Positions 1-7,512 of a stretch of DNA of 39,115 nucleotides are shown in pieces. The notes beneath the pieces were generated by a model, which ran no database searches, had not been told where the DNA came from, and worked only from the letters and a program-made list of their open reading frames with translations. The DNA lies in IMG/VR virus record IMGVR_UViG_3300025327_000007; one strand, given 5' to 3'. A program made the translations under genes and the position numbers. How positions within the stretch are numbered: position 1 is the first letter of the stretch; every line of letters begins with the position of its first letter. The stretch is from a virus.

Positions 1-127
1 ACAGCCGCGCAGCAAGCTCCTGGCTACCGGGCACGTCGAGGAACCGCGCCCAAATGTCCCCGAACACAGTCAGCATCTCGGGTGCCGCCTGGATCATCTG
101 CGCAAGCTGTTCCTGACCCTGTTGCTG
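1..127. repeat. Terminal direct repeat, copy A (identical to 38989..39115)
   Basis: I compared both ends base by base. The string acagccgcgcagcaagctcctggc...ctgaccctgttgctg is present at both. Confidence 0.95.
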
Positions 128-1804
128 GCGGCTCTGGTACGCCTTGCCGATGTTCACCGTCACGCCGTACGCACCCTGCTTCAGGTCGTAGTGCTTCGCC
201 CCTTCCACGCCTTCCCGGGACTCGATTGGCATCCCCGTCGTACGGTCGATCGTGAACGGCTTCCCGAGCATGATCGGGCGCGGGCGTAGCTCAGCGTCGA
301 TCACCTGGGCAATCCGTCCCGGCCGGTCGTAGACCACAGGCATCGCATCGAGCAGGATCCGTGCAGCGAGCGGCATGCTGACCAGCTTCATGTTCTGGAT
401 GTAGCCGCTGGTGCTCGAGTCCGCCTGATTCTGAAGCAGCTCGATCGCCTTCCCCGACTGACGTCGCGCTTCGAACCGACCCAGCGCAGCGTCGGTGATG
501 TTCGTGGAGGACTGGATGTCGTTGTCCATCTGCTGCGCAAGCTGGAGCGCCATCCCCAGCTTCGACGTGTCCGCCTGGAGTCGCTGTGGCAACGATGGCG
601 CCGGTTGACCATCCAGCAGCGTCGGCCGAACCTCGAGGTAACTCCAGTTGTGCGTGTTGACCGTATCCCACTTGTGCTCGTGCCCAGCGAACTGACCCTC
701 CCAGCCCACCACCGGCGCCTTCGGCTCGAGCGCCGTGATCTCGATCGCGGTCGTTACCGCGTAGTTGTAGCCCCGGCATGCATCCATCGCGGGCCCCACG
801 AGACCCTGACGCCGACGTTCGCCGTCGAACGGCTGTAGCTCCTCGCCGATCGTCGGCACCAGCGGGATGTAGCGCTTCCCGGGCCAGACGTCGGTCTCGA
901 GCACCTCCGCCGCTGTCAGCTTGTGGATCAGGATCTTGGTCGCCTGCATGTCGCGTGAGGGACCGTCAGGCTGCACCAATCGACCGGCCGGAAGCTCGTC
1001 GTCGTAGCCAGAAGACCCATCGTCGAGCGTGACGTAGCGGCGCGTCTTGCTCTCCTTGCGGAAGTACTCGGCGACGAGCACGGCCTTGGTGTCTAGGTCT
1101 CCCGTCACCCATTCCGGCTCGGCCAGACGCAAGTCCTCGAACACCTGGTCGTCGCCATAATCGGTCTTCGCGTTCGGAAACTGTTCCTTGAAGTCGTCCA
1201 GCGGTACCCACGTCAAAACGAACGCGAACCGGCCATCGCTACGATCGGCACGCTGCGCCACGGGATCGAACAGCACCAGGGATTGGTCGAAGATCCGCTC
1301 GAAGATGAGCTTCTGGTCCAGCGGATCCTGCGTCTCCTCGTCCCACACGTTCCGGATCCGGAACGCTCCCGACCCGCATTGCAGCGCGCGATCCATCGCC
1401 CAGAACAGCACGTTCTCGGCGCCTTCGCCATCCGCTTCGATCGTGCGGATCAGATCCTGGCGGATCTCGGCACCCTCCTTGCTCGAGGTTTCGTTCTTCG
1501 GATGGATGTTGATGCCCAGCTGACTCGCGCGGAACTGGTTGCGTACAAGGTTGAGCGGCTGTCGGGTCTTGGGAATGCTCAGCATCGGGCGCTTGGGTTG
1601 CGTACCACCTGCACCCTCGCGGGCATCGCGCGCAGCAGCATCCCACTGGTACTCGCCGACCTGGAAGCGCAGAACTTCCTTCTCGCGGTCGCGTTGCTTG
1701 GCTTCAGCAGCCATCGCCTGCTTGAAGCGCTTCTTGGCCTCATCGAGGATCGCCTTGTCCGCCACCGACGGGCCCTCGCTCTCTACGCGCCGCGGCTTGG
1801 CCAC
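1..1804 (-). CDS. Portal protein (P22 gp1-like), N-terminal ~601 codons; the ORF runs off the left edge and continues at 38988->38564
   Basis: The frame is open from GTG 1804 (1 nt after the terL stop) to base 1. My translation gives ..EAKQRDREKEVLRFQVGEYQWD..MLSIPKTRQPLNLVRNQF..YIPLVPTIGEE.., which parallels P22-type portals. The frame is continuous through the repeat (ATG 97 = 39085). Total length is about 742 aa. Confidence 0.85.
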   Translation of the reverse strand, partial: MAKPRRVESEGPSVADKAILDEAKKRFKQAMAAEAKQRDREKEVLRFQVGEYQWDAAARDAREGAGGTQPKRPMLSIPKTRQPLNLVRNQFRASQLGINIHPKNETSSKEGAEIRQDLIRTIEADGEGAENVLFWAMDRALQCGSGAFRIRNVWDEETQDPLDQKLIFERIFDQSLVLFDPVAQRADRSDGRFAFVLTWVPLDDFKEQFPNAKTDYGDDQVFEDLRLAEPEWVTGDLDTKAVLVAEYFRKESKTRRYVTLDDGSSGYDDELPAGRLVQPDGPSRDMQATKILIHKLTAAEVLETDVWPGKRYIPLVPTIGEELQPFDGERRRQGLVGPAMDACRGYNYAVTTAIEITALEPKAPVVGWEGQFAGHEHKWDTVNTHNWSYLEVRPTLLDGQPAPSLPQRLQADTSKLGMALQLAQQMDNDIQSSTNITDAALGRFEARRQSGKAIELLQNQADSSTSGYIQNMKLVSMPLAARILLDAMPVVYDRPGRIAQVIDAELRPRPIMLGKPFTIDRTTGMPIESREGVEGAKHYDLKQGAYGVTVNIGKAYQSRQQQGQEQLAQMIQAAPEMLTVFGDIWARFLDVPGSQELAARL

Positions 1805-1805
1805 G

Positions 1806-4373
1806 CTACACCCCCATCCAGGACCCAGGCCGTTTCACGCGAGACGTCGGCCGCTGGACGACTCCCACCGGCGCAGCGAACGTGAGGCTCAAGGCATCCC
1901 CTTCGTCTGGAGAGTCTACACCCCGTCCCTTCATTTGCTCCTTGCTCTCGAGCCACACGCGCTGACGCGGGTCGGGTCGCACGCCGGGTCCGATCAAGTC
2001 GCTCTCGAGCTCCGCGCTCGTGTCGATCGCGCCCACGAGCAGCCACTCCTTCATCTGCTGCCACATGTAGTCGCGATAGTACCGGCACTTGCTGTCGGGG
2101 CTGTCGCTGCCGAAGTTGATCTCGCGCACCTGCTGAAACCCAAGCGCCCGGAGCCGCGCGCCTATCGGGCCCGCGATCCCCGCGCTGTCCAGAAACAGCG
2201 CCGCTACCGGATGCTCATCCCATGTGCGTGACAGCACGTCCGCCAACCGGTTGACGAGCACTGCCGGGTCGCGCGTGAACTCGCCCTTGATCCGGATCGG
2301 AGAGATCGACCGCGCATCGTTCCCGCGCCGGAACCGGATCACGTTGTCGTCACTGTTCCCACTCCACATCGGAACACCATGACGACGAACATAGATCGTT
2401 CGGTGCGGAGTCGAGACACACCACACAAAGCCGCGATACGGGACACGTTGTGTTGTCCGCTTGAGTACGGTCCGATCTGCATGCCAACGATTCCCTTGCC
2501 GACCATGTGATGGACGCTCACCCACGCGCCAAGTATCGTGCTGTCGCACCACACGGCGCCCTTCGATCAGCACAACCGATCCGGCTGGTGCCGCGGGCGA
2601 CAGCTTACCGGCACACCCCAACTTCGCAAGCACTTCCTGCAGATCATCCGCCAATGCTCGACTGGAGGTGTAGTAGCAACGTCCGGTTCCATCCGGATGC
2701 TGGCTCCCATCTCCACGCCGAAATGCGTCGAGAAAGGCCCGCATCACGATAGCGGAACCTTCCTTGATCCATTCGGGCATGCGCTTATTCGCAGCTCCAT
2801 GCCCGCAGTGCTCCAGTAACCAAGCCCCAATCCCCCGATGTTGGAAACGGATCGTGCCATGCGAACTCCACCGACTATGACGGAGGCCCATTCGAGAAAG
2901 TAGGCGTTCGATTTCTTTGCGCTTCTCCGCATGGCGTTGTGAAAGCTCTACGACGAGTGGGCGTTGCTGCTGACCTGGCCGCAGCTTCGCCGTATAGACG
3001 TTCCCCTCAGCAACGAACCAGCCCAAAAACGCCGCCCAGTCTTCGGCGGCAAAGGTGTGGCGCCAGACAACAGCGCCCCCGTGAGGCTGGCGTTTCTGAG
3101 ATTCGAAGGCGATCGTGGCTGGACTTGTCCCTTCCCAGCGATGCCACGCCCGCAGTTGATATGCCTTCGGGAGACGATCGTACCGCCGAATCTGGTAGCG
3201 CTTGCTCATGTAGTGCGAGCGCACGATGAAGTTGTGGTTGTCAGTTACGCAAAAGTTTACCTTGCTCGACTCGCGCAAGTTCATCGCCCCATCATGCCAG
3301 TAACGATGGATCGCCGTCATGCGCGCCCAAGTGGCTACGTCGCCATCCAAACTCAGCACTGCTTCCGATCCACGCAGGTCTGAAAAGAGTTTCCAGCCAT
3401 CGCTCGTGAGAATCTCGGTCTCGCAGTCGAAACAGCCGCCCCACGCAAGGTCACACCCGACCACCAGCGGCTCGTCCGGCATCACCGCCACCTGGCGCTT
3501 CTGAGCCTGGAGTACACGCTCGTGGTCGATGAACTGTGCGTCAGAGGCCCGCGGCGGAATGCCGCGGACCCGGACGCGGAAAAAGTCGGAGTCCTCTCCG
3601 AACTCCTGCTCCCACTCCGCGATCTGCGCCTTGTTCGTCAGCCGAGACTGACGCGAGTCGATGATCGTCGGGTGCCAACGCGCACGGTCGTGACCGAACA
3701 CCGCGGCGTGAAATCCGCCCATGCTGCGCGTCGGGTTGCCGAACCGGAAGATCATCGGCTGACCGTCCGTCAAGCCGCCCTCCGCGACCTCGTGAATCTT
3801 GTCCGAGATGGCCGAGTCCTCGTCGAAGATGTAGAAGCTCGTCGAGGTCGCTGCGTGCTGGCCGGCGAACGCTTCCGTGTTCTCCTCCTTGCACGACTGC
3901 GGCGCGCAGAACCAGGAGTCCTTGTGGTCCTTGTGGTACATGCGCTGGTCGCCGAGCACCCACCAGTGCGCAGTGATGCAGCGCGACGTCCACTCCTTGA
4001 TGGCGGACCAGGTCTTGGTCTGGAGCTGCGTGAACGTGTTCGCCGTGACGGTGCCGCGCGCTAACGGACGTGTACTCATGATCCAGTCCACAAGCCACGC
4101 GGCCATCGTGCTTTTGCCCACCCCATGACCTGACGCCACCGCACGCCGGATGGGCGCGACCGGCGTCAAGCCGTCAAACGCTGCGGCCGCGACCTCAGCG
4201 CCGACGCCCCGCAGAAACTCACGCTGCCAGATGTCGGGCCCGTCGTGCCCCTCAAGGGCCCCGGGCTCGCCCCACGGATACGCGAACAGCACGAACCCCA
4301 GCGGGTCCGCGAAGTAGCGCGCGACCTCGTCTGCAAGCTGATCGTCAGAGGTTGGACGGGCGGCCACGGGCAC
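1806..4373 (-). CDS. terL: Terminase large subunit, interrupted by a 360-aa intein
   Basis: 855-aa ORF with Walker A GHGVGKST and Walker B FYIFDED. The nuclease motif VVGCDLAWGG/SDDNVIRFRRG is split by the intein. The gene lies between terS and portal. Confidence 0.9.
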   Translation of the reverse strand: MPVAARPTSDDQLADEVARYFADPLGFVLFAYPWGEPGALEGHDGPDIWQREFLRGVGAEVAAAAFDGLTPVAPIRRAVASGHGVGKSTMAAWLVDWIMSTRPLARGTVTANTFTQLQTKTWSAIKEWTSRCITAHWWVLGDQRMYHKDHKDSWFCAPQSCKEENTEAFAGQHAATSTSFYIFDEDSAISDKIHEVAEGGLTDGQPMIFRFGNPTRSMGGFHAAVFGHDRARWHPTIIDSRQSRLTNKAQIAEWEQEFGEDSDFFRVRVRGIPPRASDAQFIDHERVLQAQKRQVAVMPDEPLVVGCDLAWGGCFDCETEILTSDGWKLFSDLRGSEAVLSLDGDVATWARMTAIHRYWHDGAMNLRESSKVNFCVTDNHNFIVRSHYMSKRYQIRRYDRLPKAYQLRAWHRWEGTSPATIAFESQKRQPHGGAVVWRHTFAAEDWAAFLGWFVAEGNVYTAKLRPGQQQRPLVVELSQRHAEKRKEIERLLSRMGLRHSRWSSHGTIRFQHRGIGAWLLEHCGHGAANKRMPEWIKEGSAIVMRAFLDAFRRGDGSQHPDGTGRCYYTSSRALADDLQEVLAKLGCAGKLSPAAPAGSVVLIEGRRVVRQHDTWRVGERPSHGRQGNRWHADRTVLKRTTQRVPYRGFVWCVSTPHRTIYVRRHGVPMWSGNSDDNVIRFRRGNDARSISPIRIKGEFTRDPAVLVNRLADVLSRTWDEHPVAALFLDSAGIAGPIGARLRALGFQQVREINFGSDSPDSKCRYYRDYMWQQMKEWLLVGAIDTSAELESDLIGPGVRPDPRQRVWLESKEQMKGRGVDSPDEGDALSLTFAAPVGVVQRPTSRVKRPGSWMGV
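2355..3434 (-). mobile_element. Intein with LAGLIDADG homing-endonuclease domain inside TerL (aa 314-673)
   Basis: It starts CFDCETEILTSDG and has two dodecapeptide motifs (LGWFVAEGNV, FLDAFRRGDGS). It ends ..VPMWSGN followed by a +1 Ser. Excision restores GCDLAWGG-SDDNVIRF. GC is locally lower. Confidence 0.8.
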
Positions 4374-4378
4374 GAGAT

Positions 4379-4867
4379 TTATTTGGGGGGGTACTTTGAC
4401 CGATCTTCGGCCACGCGGCGGCGGCCGGCTAGCAAGCGCTCCACCAGGCCCTCGCTCACGTCCACCTCAAGGCGCTCCCGAAGCAGGCCTAGGTGCTTGA
4501 AGAGCATCTCGAGCGCCCGCGGCTTGTCCCAGAGCTGCACCTCGACCACGGTCTCCTGCTTGCCGTCGCCCGCAGTCTCGTTGTGCTTGAGCGTCTTGAT
4601 CCTGCCCACCGCCGCCTTGAGATCCTTCGGCCAGTCTTTCACCGGCTTGAGCCGACTCTGATCGTCGTACAGCTCGCTGAGGTCCGAGTACGCCAGCCGG
4701 GCGGCCTCGCGCAGCGCCCGGTCGGGGTCGATCAGGTCAGCCAAGCGCTGAGCAGCCTTGCGCTTGACCTGAGGGGCACGCCCGCCGTGCATACCGCAGA
4801 CTACGCCGCCCTTGATCGCAGAGGCTTTGCACGGCCCGTGCTTTGACCGAGCGTGACAGCGAGGCAT
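4379..4867 (-). CDS. terS: Terminase small subunit (putative)
   Basis: Lies immediately upstream of terL. The C-terminal motif LWDKPRALEMLFKHLGLL is typical of small terminases. The N-terminus is a Cys/HGG zinc-type motif (CHARSKHGPC..CGMHGG). Confidence 0.65.
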   Translation of the reverse strand: MPRCHARSKHGPCKASAIKGGVVCGMHGGRAPQVKRKAAQRLADLIDPDRALREAARLAYSDLSELYDDQSRLKPVKDWPKDLKAAVGRIKTLKHNETAGDGKQETVVEVQLWDKPRALEMLFKHLGLLRERLEVDVSEGLVERLLAGRRRVAEDRSKYPPK

Positions 4868-4870
4868 GGG

Positions 4871-4969
4871 TCAAGCTATGTATAGGTCGGGTACAAGCGG
4901 ATTACGCCCGTGGCCACGCCAGGGCGACGCGCCAGTAAGCTTGCGCTTGCGCTCGATCCCGCGCCTCAT
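4871..4969 (-). CDS. 32-aa micro-ORF (MRRGIERKRKLTGASPWRGHGRNPLVPDLYIA)
   Basis: ATGA overlap with the stop of 4966..5166. It repeats the C-terminal peptide motif of 5163..5363. Confidence 0.3.
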   Translation of the reverse strand: MRRGIERKRKLTGASPWRGHGRNPLVPDLYIA

Positions 4970-5166
4970 GGACGAACCTCGCGCATCACCTCTCGCGCTC
5001 CGACCTCGAGCAGCGCGTCGCGGAGCATCGGGTCGCCGCTCGTCGCAACACGCTCCAGCAGCCTGGCGGTCGCAGCGTCCTCGCCCAGGTCGTGGATGCC
5101 GTGAGCCAGGACGGCAAGACGCTGGCGCGCCTCGTCTCGTGTCGCCGCGAGCGAAGGCGGGCTCAT
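4966..5166 (-). CDS. Hypothetical 66-aa protein
   Basis: Internal ATG at 5166 of tracked ORF 4966..5403, with ATGA overlap to the upstream gene. Upstream of this ATG the ORF looks like a non-coding frame. Confidence 0.5.
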   Translation of the reverse strand: MSPPSLAATRDEARQRLAVLAHGIHDLGEDAATARLLERVATSGDPMLRDALLEVGAREVMREVRP

Positions 5167-5363
5167 GATCCAACGGGGTCCGGGGCCAACGGCTTGCGCC
5201 CGTGCCCGCTCCACGGCTGCGCGCCGGTGAGCTGGCGCTGGTAGCGACGTCGGGCGTGCAGGCAGAACAAGCACCGCACGGATCCCCTGATCGGCTCGGC
5301 CTCGCCGCACGTCACGCACACGCCGCGGGCCTTGCGCGAGTGGTACCACTCCATGCGAGTCAT
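5163..5363 (-). CDS. Small zinc-ribbon protein (66 aa)
   Basis: Tracked ORF with CVTC...CLFC pairs. Coupled by ATGA at both ends. Confidence 0.6.
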   Translation of the reverse strand: MTRMEWYHSRKARGVCVTCGEAEPIRGSVRCLFCLHARRRYQRQLTGAQPWSGHGRKPLAPDPVGS

Positions 5364-5449
5364 CTCTCGTGCTCGTACAGCCAGACGAGGCCGAGGACCG
5401 CAACGCCCATCAGGGCCAGGCCGAGAGCGACAAGCGCGTGCGGGCTCAC
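5360..5449 (-). CDS. 29-aa single-TM micro-protein (VSPHALVALGLALMGVAVLGLVWLYEHER)
   Basis: GTGA overlap upstream and ATGA overlap downstream, with a hydrophobic core. Translated by hand. Confidence 0.35.
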   Translation of the reverse strand: MSPHALVALGLALMGVAVLGLVWLYEHER

Positions 5450-5604
5450 TTGTGCCGTCCTGTCTTCTTGCGCTTCTTCACCACGGACCCGGCGAACTCG
5501 ACCAGCTCCCCCAGCGTCATCCCGGTCTTCGTGGGCTGACCGGCTTGCTTCCGCGCCAACTCGCTGTACATGAAGCGCTGCTGCCTTCGGGTCATGGATG
5601 GCAT
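5446..5604 (-). CDS. Small basic protein, DUF3008-like (52 aa)
   Basis: Hand translation is MPSMTRRQQRFMYSELARKQAGQPTKTGMTLGELVEFAGSVVKKRKKTGRHK. The pattern resembles DUF3008 (KxQQRxM..a..G....M..eL.eFA). Confidence 0.45.
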   Translation of the reverse strand: MPSMTRRQQRFMYSELARKQAGQPTKTGMTLGELVEFAGSVVKKRKKTGRHK

Positions 5605-5612
5605 GACTCAGT

Positions 5613-6209
5613 CTACTCCGTGATCCCTACGCTGCGTAAGCACGCGAGCGCACGTGACCCGAGGTCGTTCGCCTGGCCGACCAGGTCGCCGCGCGGAGGC
5701 TGCCAGGCGGTCTGCGCAGCCGTCAGATCCCGCAGCGAGCGCGCAACGTCCTGCTCAGCTCGGCTGTGCGCGACCAGAGCTCGGTACGCAAGCGGCCCAC
5801 AGTCGCCCATGCGTGCGTGCGCGACCGACGACCAGAACGCCTCGGCAGGTGCCTGGAGTCGATAGTCCGCAGCGAACTCCACGCGCCCGCTGGGCCACAT
5901 CTGGATCATCGCATCGCTTGCTTGGTCGTCGTCGCTGCCGAGGACCGCGATCATCACGCGCTTGGTGCCGCCCGCGACGAATAGAATCGCAGGGGCTTTG
6001 CACGCGACCGGAGCGCCTGCGTGATCGGTGCAGCCTGACCAGTCCGGCAGGCTCACGCGCAGGTCGACGGGGATCGGTTCCGGAGCCGGCTCAATGCTCA
6101 GAACCGGCACAGGCGCCGTGGCGCGCGCGCCGGTCGGTATCAGCAGCACCGCGAGTACGGCGCCCACTACGACGCCCATGCCCACGATCAGGACCTCGTT
6201 GCGCTTCAT
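5613..6209 (-). CDS. Membrane-anchored hypothetical protein
   Basis: Tracked ORF 5613..6230. The likely start is MKRNEVLIVGMGVVVGAVLAVLLIP (N-terminal TM). Confidence 0.6.
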   Translation of the reverse strand: MKRNEVLIVGMGVVVGAVLAVLLIPTGARATAPVPVLSIEPAPEPIPVDLRVSLPDWSGCTDHAGAPVACKAPAILFVAGGTKRVMIAVLGSDDDQASDAMIQMWPSGRVEFAADYRLQAPAEAFWSSVAHARMGDCGPLAYRALVAHSRAEQDVARSLRDLTAAQTAWQPPRGDLVGQANDLGSRALACLRSVGITE

Positions 6210-6216
6210 CGCGACT

Positions 6217-6537
6217 CTACTTCTGCTCACGTGGCAACGCGTGCGCCCACTCGGTCACGTCCACGATCGCGTCCCTATTGATGGACACGGGCGTCACGAA
6301 CGGCTCGACCTCGATGAGCTCCCCCTCGCGCAACGCGTTGTGCCATCGCCCCGTGTCCGCGATCCAGGCCGCGTCCGTGAGCACGACCTCCTCCTCCGTC
6401 AAGATCGCCACGCGGCCCGTGTAGTAGTGAGTCACCGTGCGCACCATGACCGCCTGTCCGACACACAACGGAGATACCATGCCTTTTGCCTTCTTCATCA
6501 CCGTCTCCTTTTCATTTTTTTGCGTCTGCGTCGTCAT
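6217..6537 (-). CDS. Hypothetical protein (106 aa)
   Basis: Tracked ORF with coding-like composition (..VRTVTHYYTGRV..DAAWIADTGRWH..). ATGA-coupled to the repeat ORF. Confidence 0.65.
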   Translation of the reverse strand: MTTQTQKNEKETVMKKAKGMVSPLCVGQAVMVRTVTHYYTGRVAILTEEEVVLTDAAWIADTGRWHNALREGELIEVEPFVTPVSINRDAIVDVTEWAHALPREQK

Positions 6538-6785
6538 GAGCTCTGCCTCGACCGCAACCGGGACCTGGACCGGGACCAGGACCAGAACCAGGACCGGGAC
6601 CGGGACGCGGACCAGGACCAGGGCCGGGACCCGGACCAGGACCGGGACCGGGACCGGGACCGGGACCGGGACCGGGACCGGGACCAGGACCAGGGCCAGG
6701 ACCAGGTCCGGGACCGGGACCGGGACCAGGACCAGGACCAGGACCAGGACCAGGACCAGGACCGGACCCGTTGCGCCTGTGTCAT
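6534..6785 (-). CDS. Repeat ORF, 83 aa, (Ser-Trp/Ser-Arg)n in the ATG frame; coding status uncertain
   Basis: GGAGGA lies 5 nt upstream of ATG 6785, and the stop overlaps the next ATG (ATGA). The body is the hexanucleotide array. Confidence 0.35.
   Translation of the reverse strand: MTQAQRVRSWSWSWSWSWSWSRSRSRTWSWPWSWSRSRSRSRSRSRSRSWSGSRPWSWSASRSRSWFWSWSRSRSRLRSRQSS
6560..6769. repeat. Hexanucleotide microsatellite, 35 units of RGGACC (+) = GGTCCY (-)
   Basis: Counted unit by unit. Degenerate units extend to 6548. Confidence 0.95.
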
Positions 6786-6804
6786 GTCTATCCTCCCCGA
6801 CCTC

Positions 6805-6833
6805 AATATAGCTTGCGCTTGCACGTTTGTCAA
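6805..6833 (-). promoter_or_regulatory. Sigma70-type promoter P1 (TTGACA-17 nt-TATATT)
   Basis: Minus strand reads cgcTTGACAaacgtgcaagcgcaagcTATATTgaggtcgGGGAGGAtagacATG. Confidence 0.6.
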
Positions 6834-6940
6834 GCGACGAACGTCAGGATCGTCGGGTAGCCCTGGAGGTCGACGCCCGCGTACCGCTCTCGCAACATCT
6901 GCTCCACGTCGCGCTGCTGCTCTCGTCGGGGCCCGCCCAC
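6830..6940 (-). CDS. 36-aa micro-ORF (VGGPRREQQRDVEQMLRERYAGVDLQGYPTILTFVA)
   Basis: The GTG shares one base with the upstream TAG. The stop TGA sits inside the P1 -35 box. Evidence is weak. Confidence 0.2.
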   Translation of the reverse strand: MGGPRREQQRDVEQMLRERYAGVDLQGYPTILTFVA

Positions 6941-7512
6941 TACTTCAGTTCCTCGAACATGGCCGCGGCTTCGTCACGAGAGAATCCCGGGTCGTCACTC
7001 GATGGCAGCATCGCCGCCAGCGGTCGACCCAGCAACCTCACCCTCGGATCGCAGCGGACGCCTGCGACGTACATCTGGACAAACCGCTGGCGCCGCTTGT
7101 CCTCGCCATACGTGGTCTGGAACGCTGAGGCCCCACCTGCCGCCTGAAACGCTTCGGCCGCAGCCTTGCCGCACGTATCCAGCACCCACCGATACGTCCA
7201 CGTCGTCCCACCCTCGGGCGTGTACACGCCTGTGCTCAGGATCCGCTCGTAGGCGGTCACGGCCTCAGCCTCGAGCGTGGTCTCTCCGCGAAACCGACGC
7301 AACTCCTCGATCAGCTCGGCGACCGTCGGGAAGTACCGCCAACGGCCACCCGCCACGCTATCTCGCGTGAACGCCTCCCACTCATCGGATGGCACCTGCG
7401 GCACCAGAGCTTCAGCGTACACCTCGACCGTCGTGTCCCCGAGTGCTCGGCCCGTGGCTTCCGCGATGCGCACCAGGCCGCGCGCGAATTGACCCGGCGT
7501 CCACTCGCTCAT
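6940..7512 (-). CDS. Hypothetical protein (190 aa), replication-module neighbour
   Basis: Internal ATG (MSEWTPGQFARG..) of tracked ORF 6940..7689, with TGATG overlap to the DUF1376 gene. Confidence 0.6.
   Translation of the reverse strand: MSEWTPGQFARGLVRIAEATGRALGDTTVEVYAEALVPQVPSDEWEAFTRDSVAGGRWRYFPTVAELIEELRRFRGETTLEAEAVTAYERILSTGVYTPEGGTTWTYRWVLDTCGKAAAEAFQAAGGASAFQTTYGEDKRRQRFVQMYVAGVRCDPRVRLLGRPLAAMLPSSDDPGFSRDEAAAMFEELK

Noticed and set aside
1-127. The 127-bp terminal repeat as a biological direct terminal repeat or cos-type end
   Set aside because: It lies in the middle of the portal ORF, which is an implausible physical genome end. An assembler k-mer overlap on a circular or circularly permuted genome is the simpler reading. 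This cannot be proven without reads.
6560-6769. The hexamer array or the 180-bp fibre repeats as a CRISPR array
   Set aside because: There are no unique spacers between the repeats. The units are contiguous, and no cas genes are present.
6028-7128. Long plus-strand ORFs, for example 6028..7128 (366 aa, DRDRDQDQ tract), 30184..31647, 33417..34685, 21319..22335 and 1539..2231
   Set aside because: They are antisense shadows of minus-strand genes in high-GC DNA. They are Arg/Pro/Gly-rich, have no RBS and no recognisable motifs. Each overlaps a minus-strand gene with clear family signatures.
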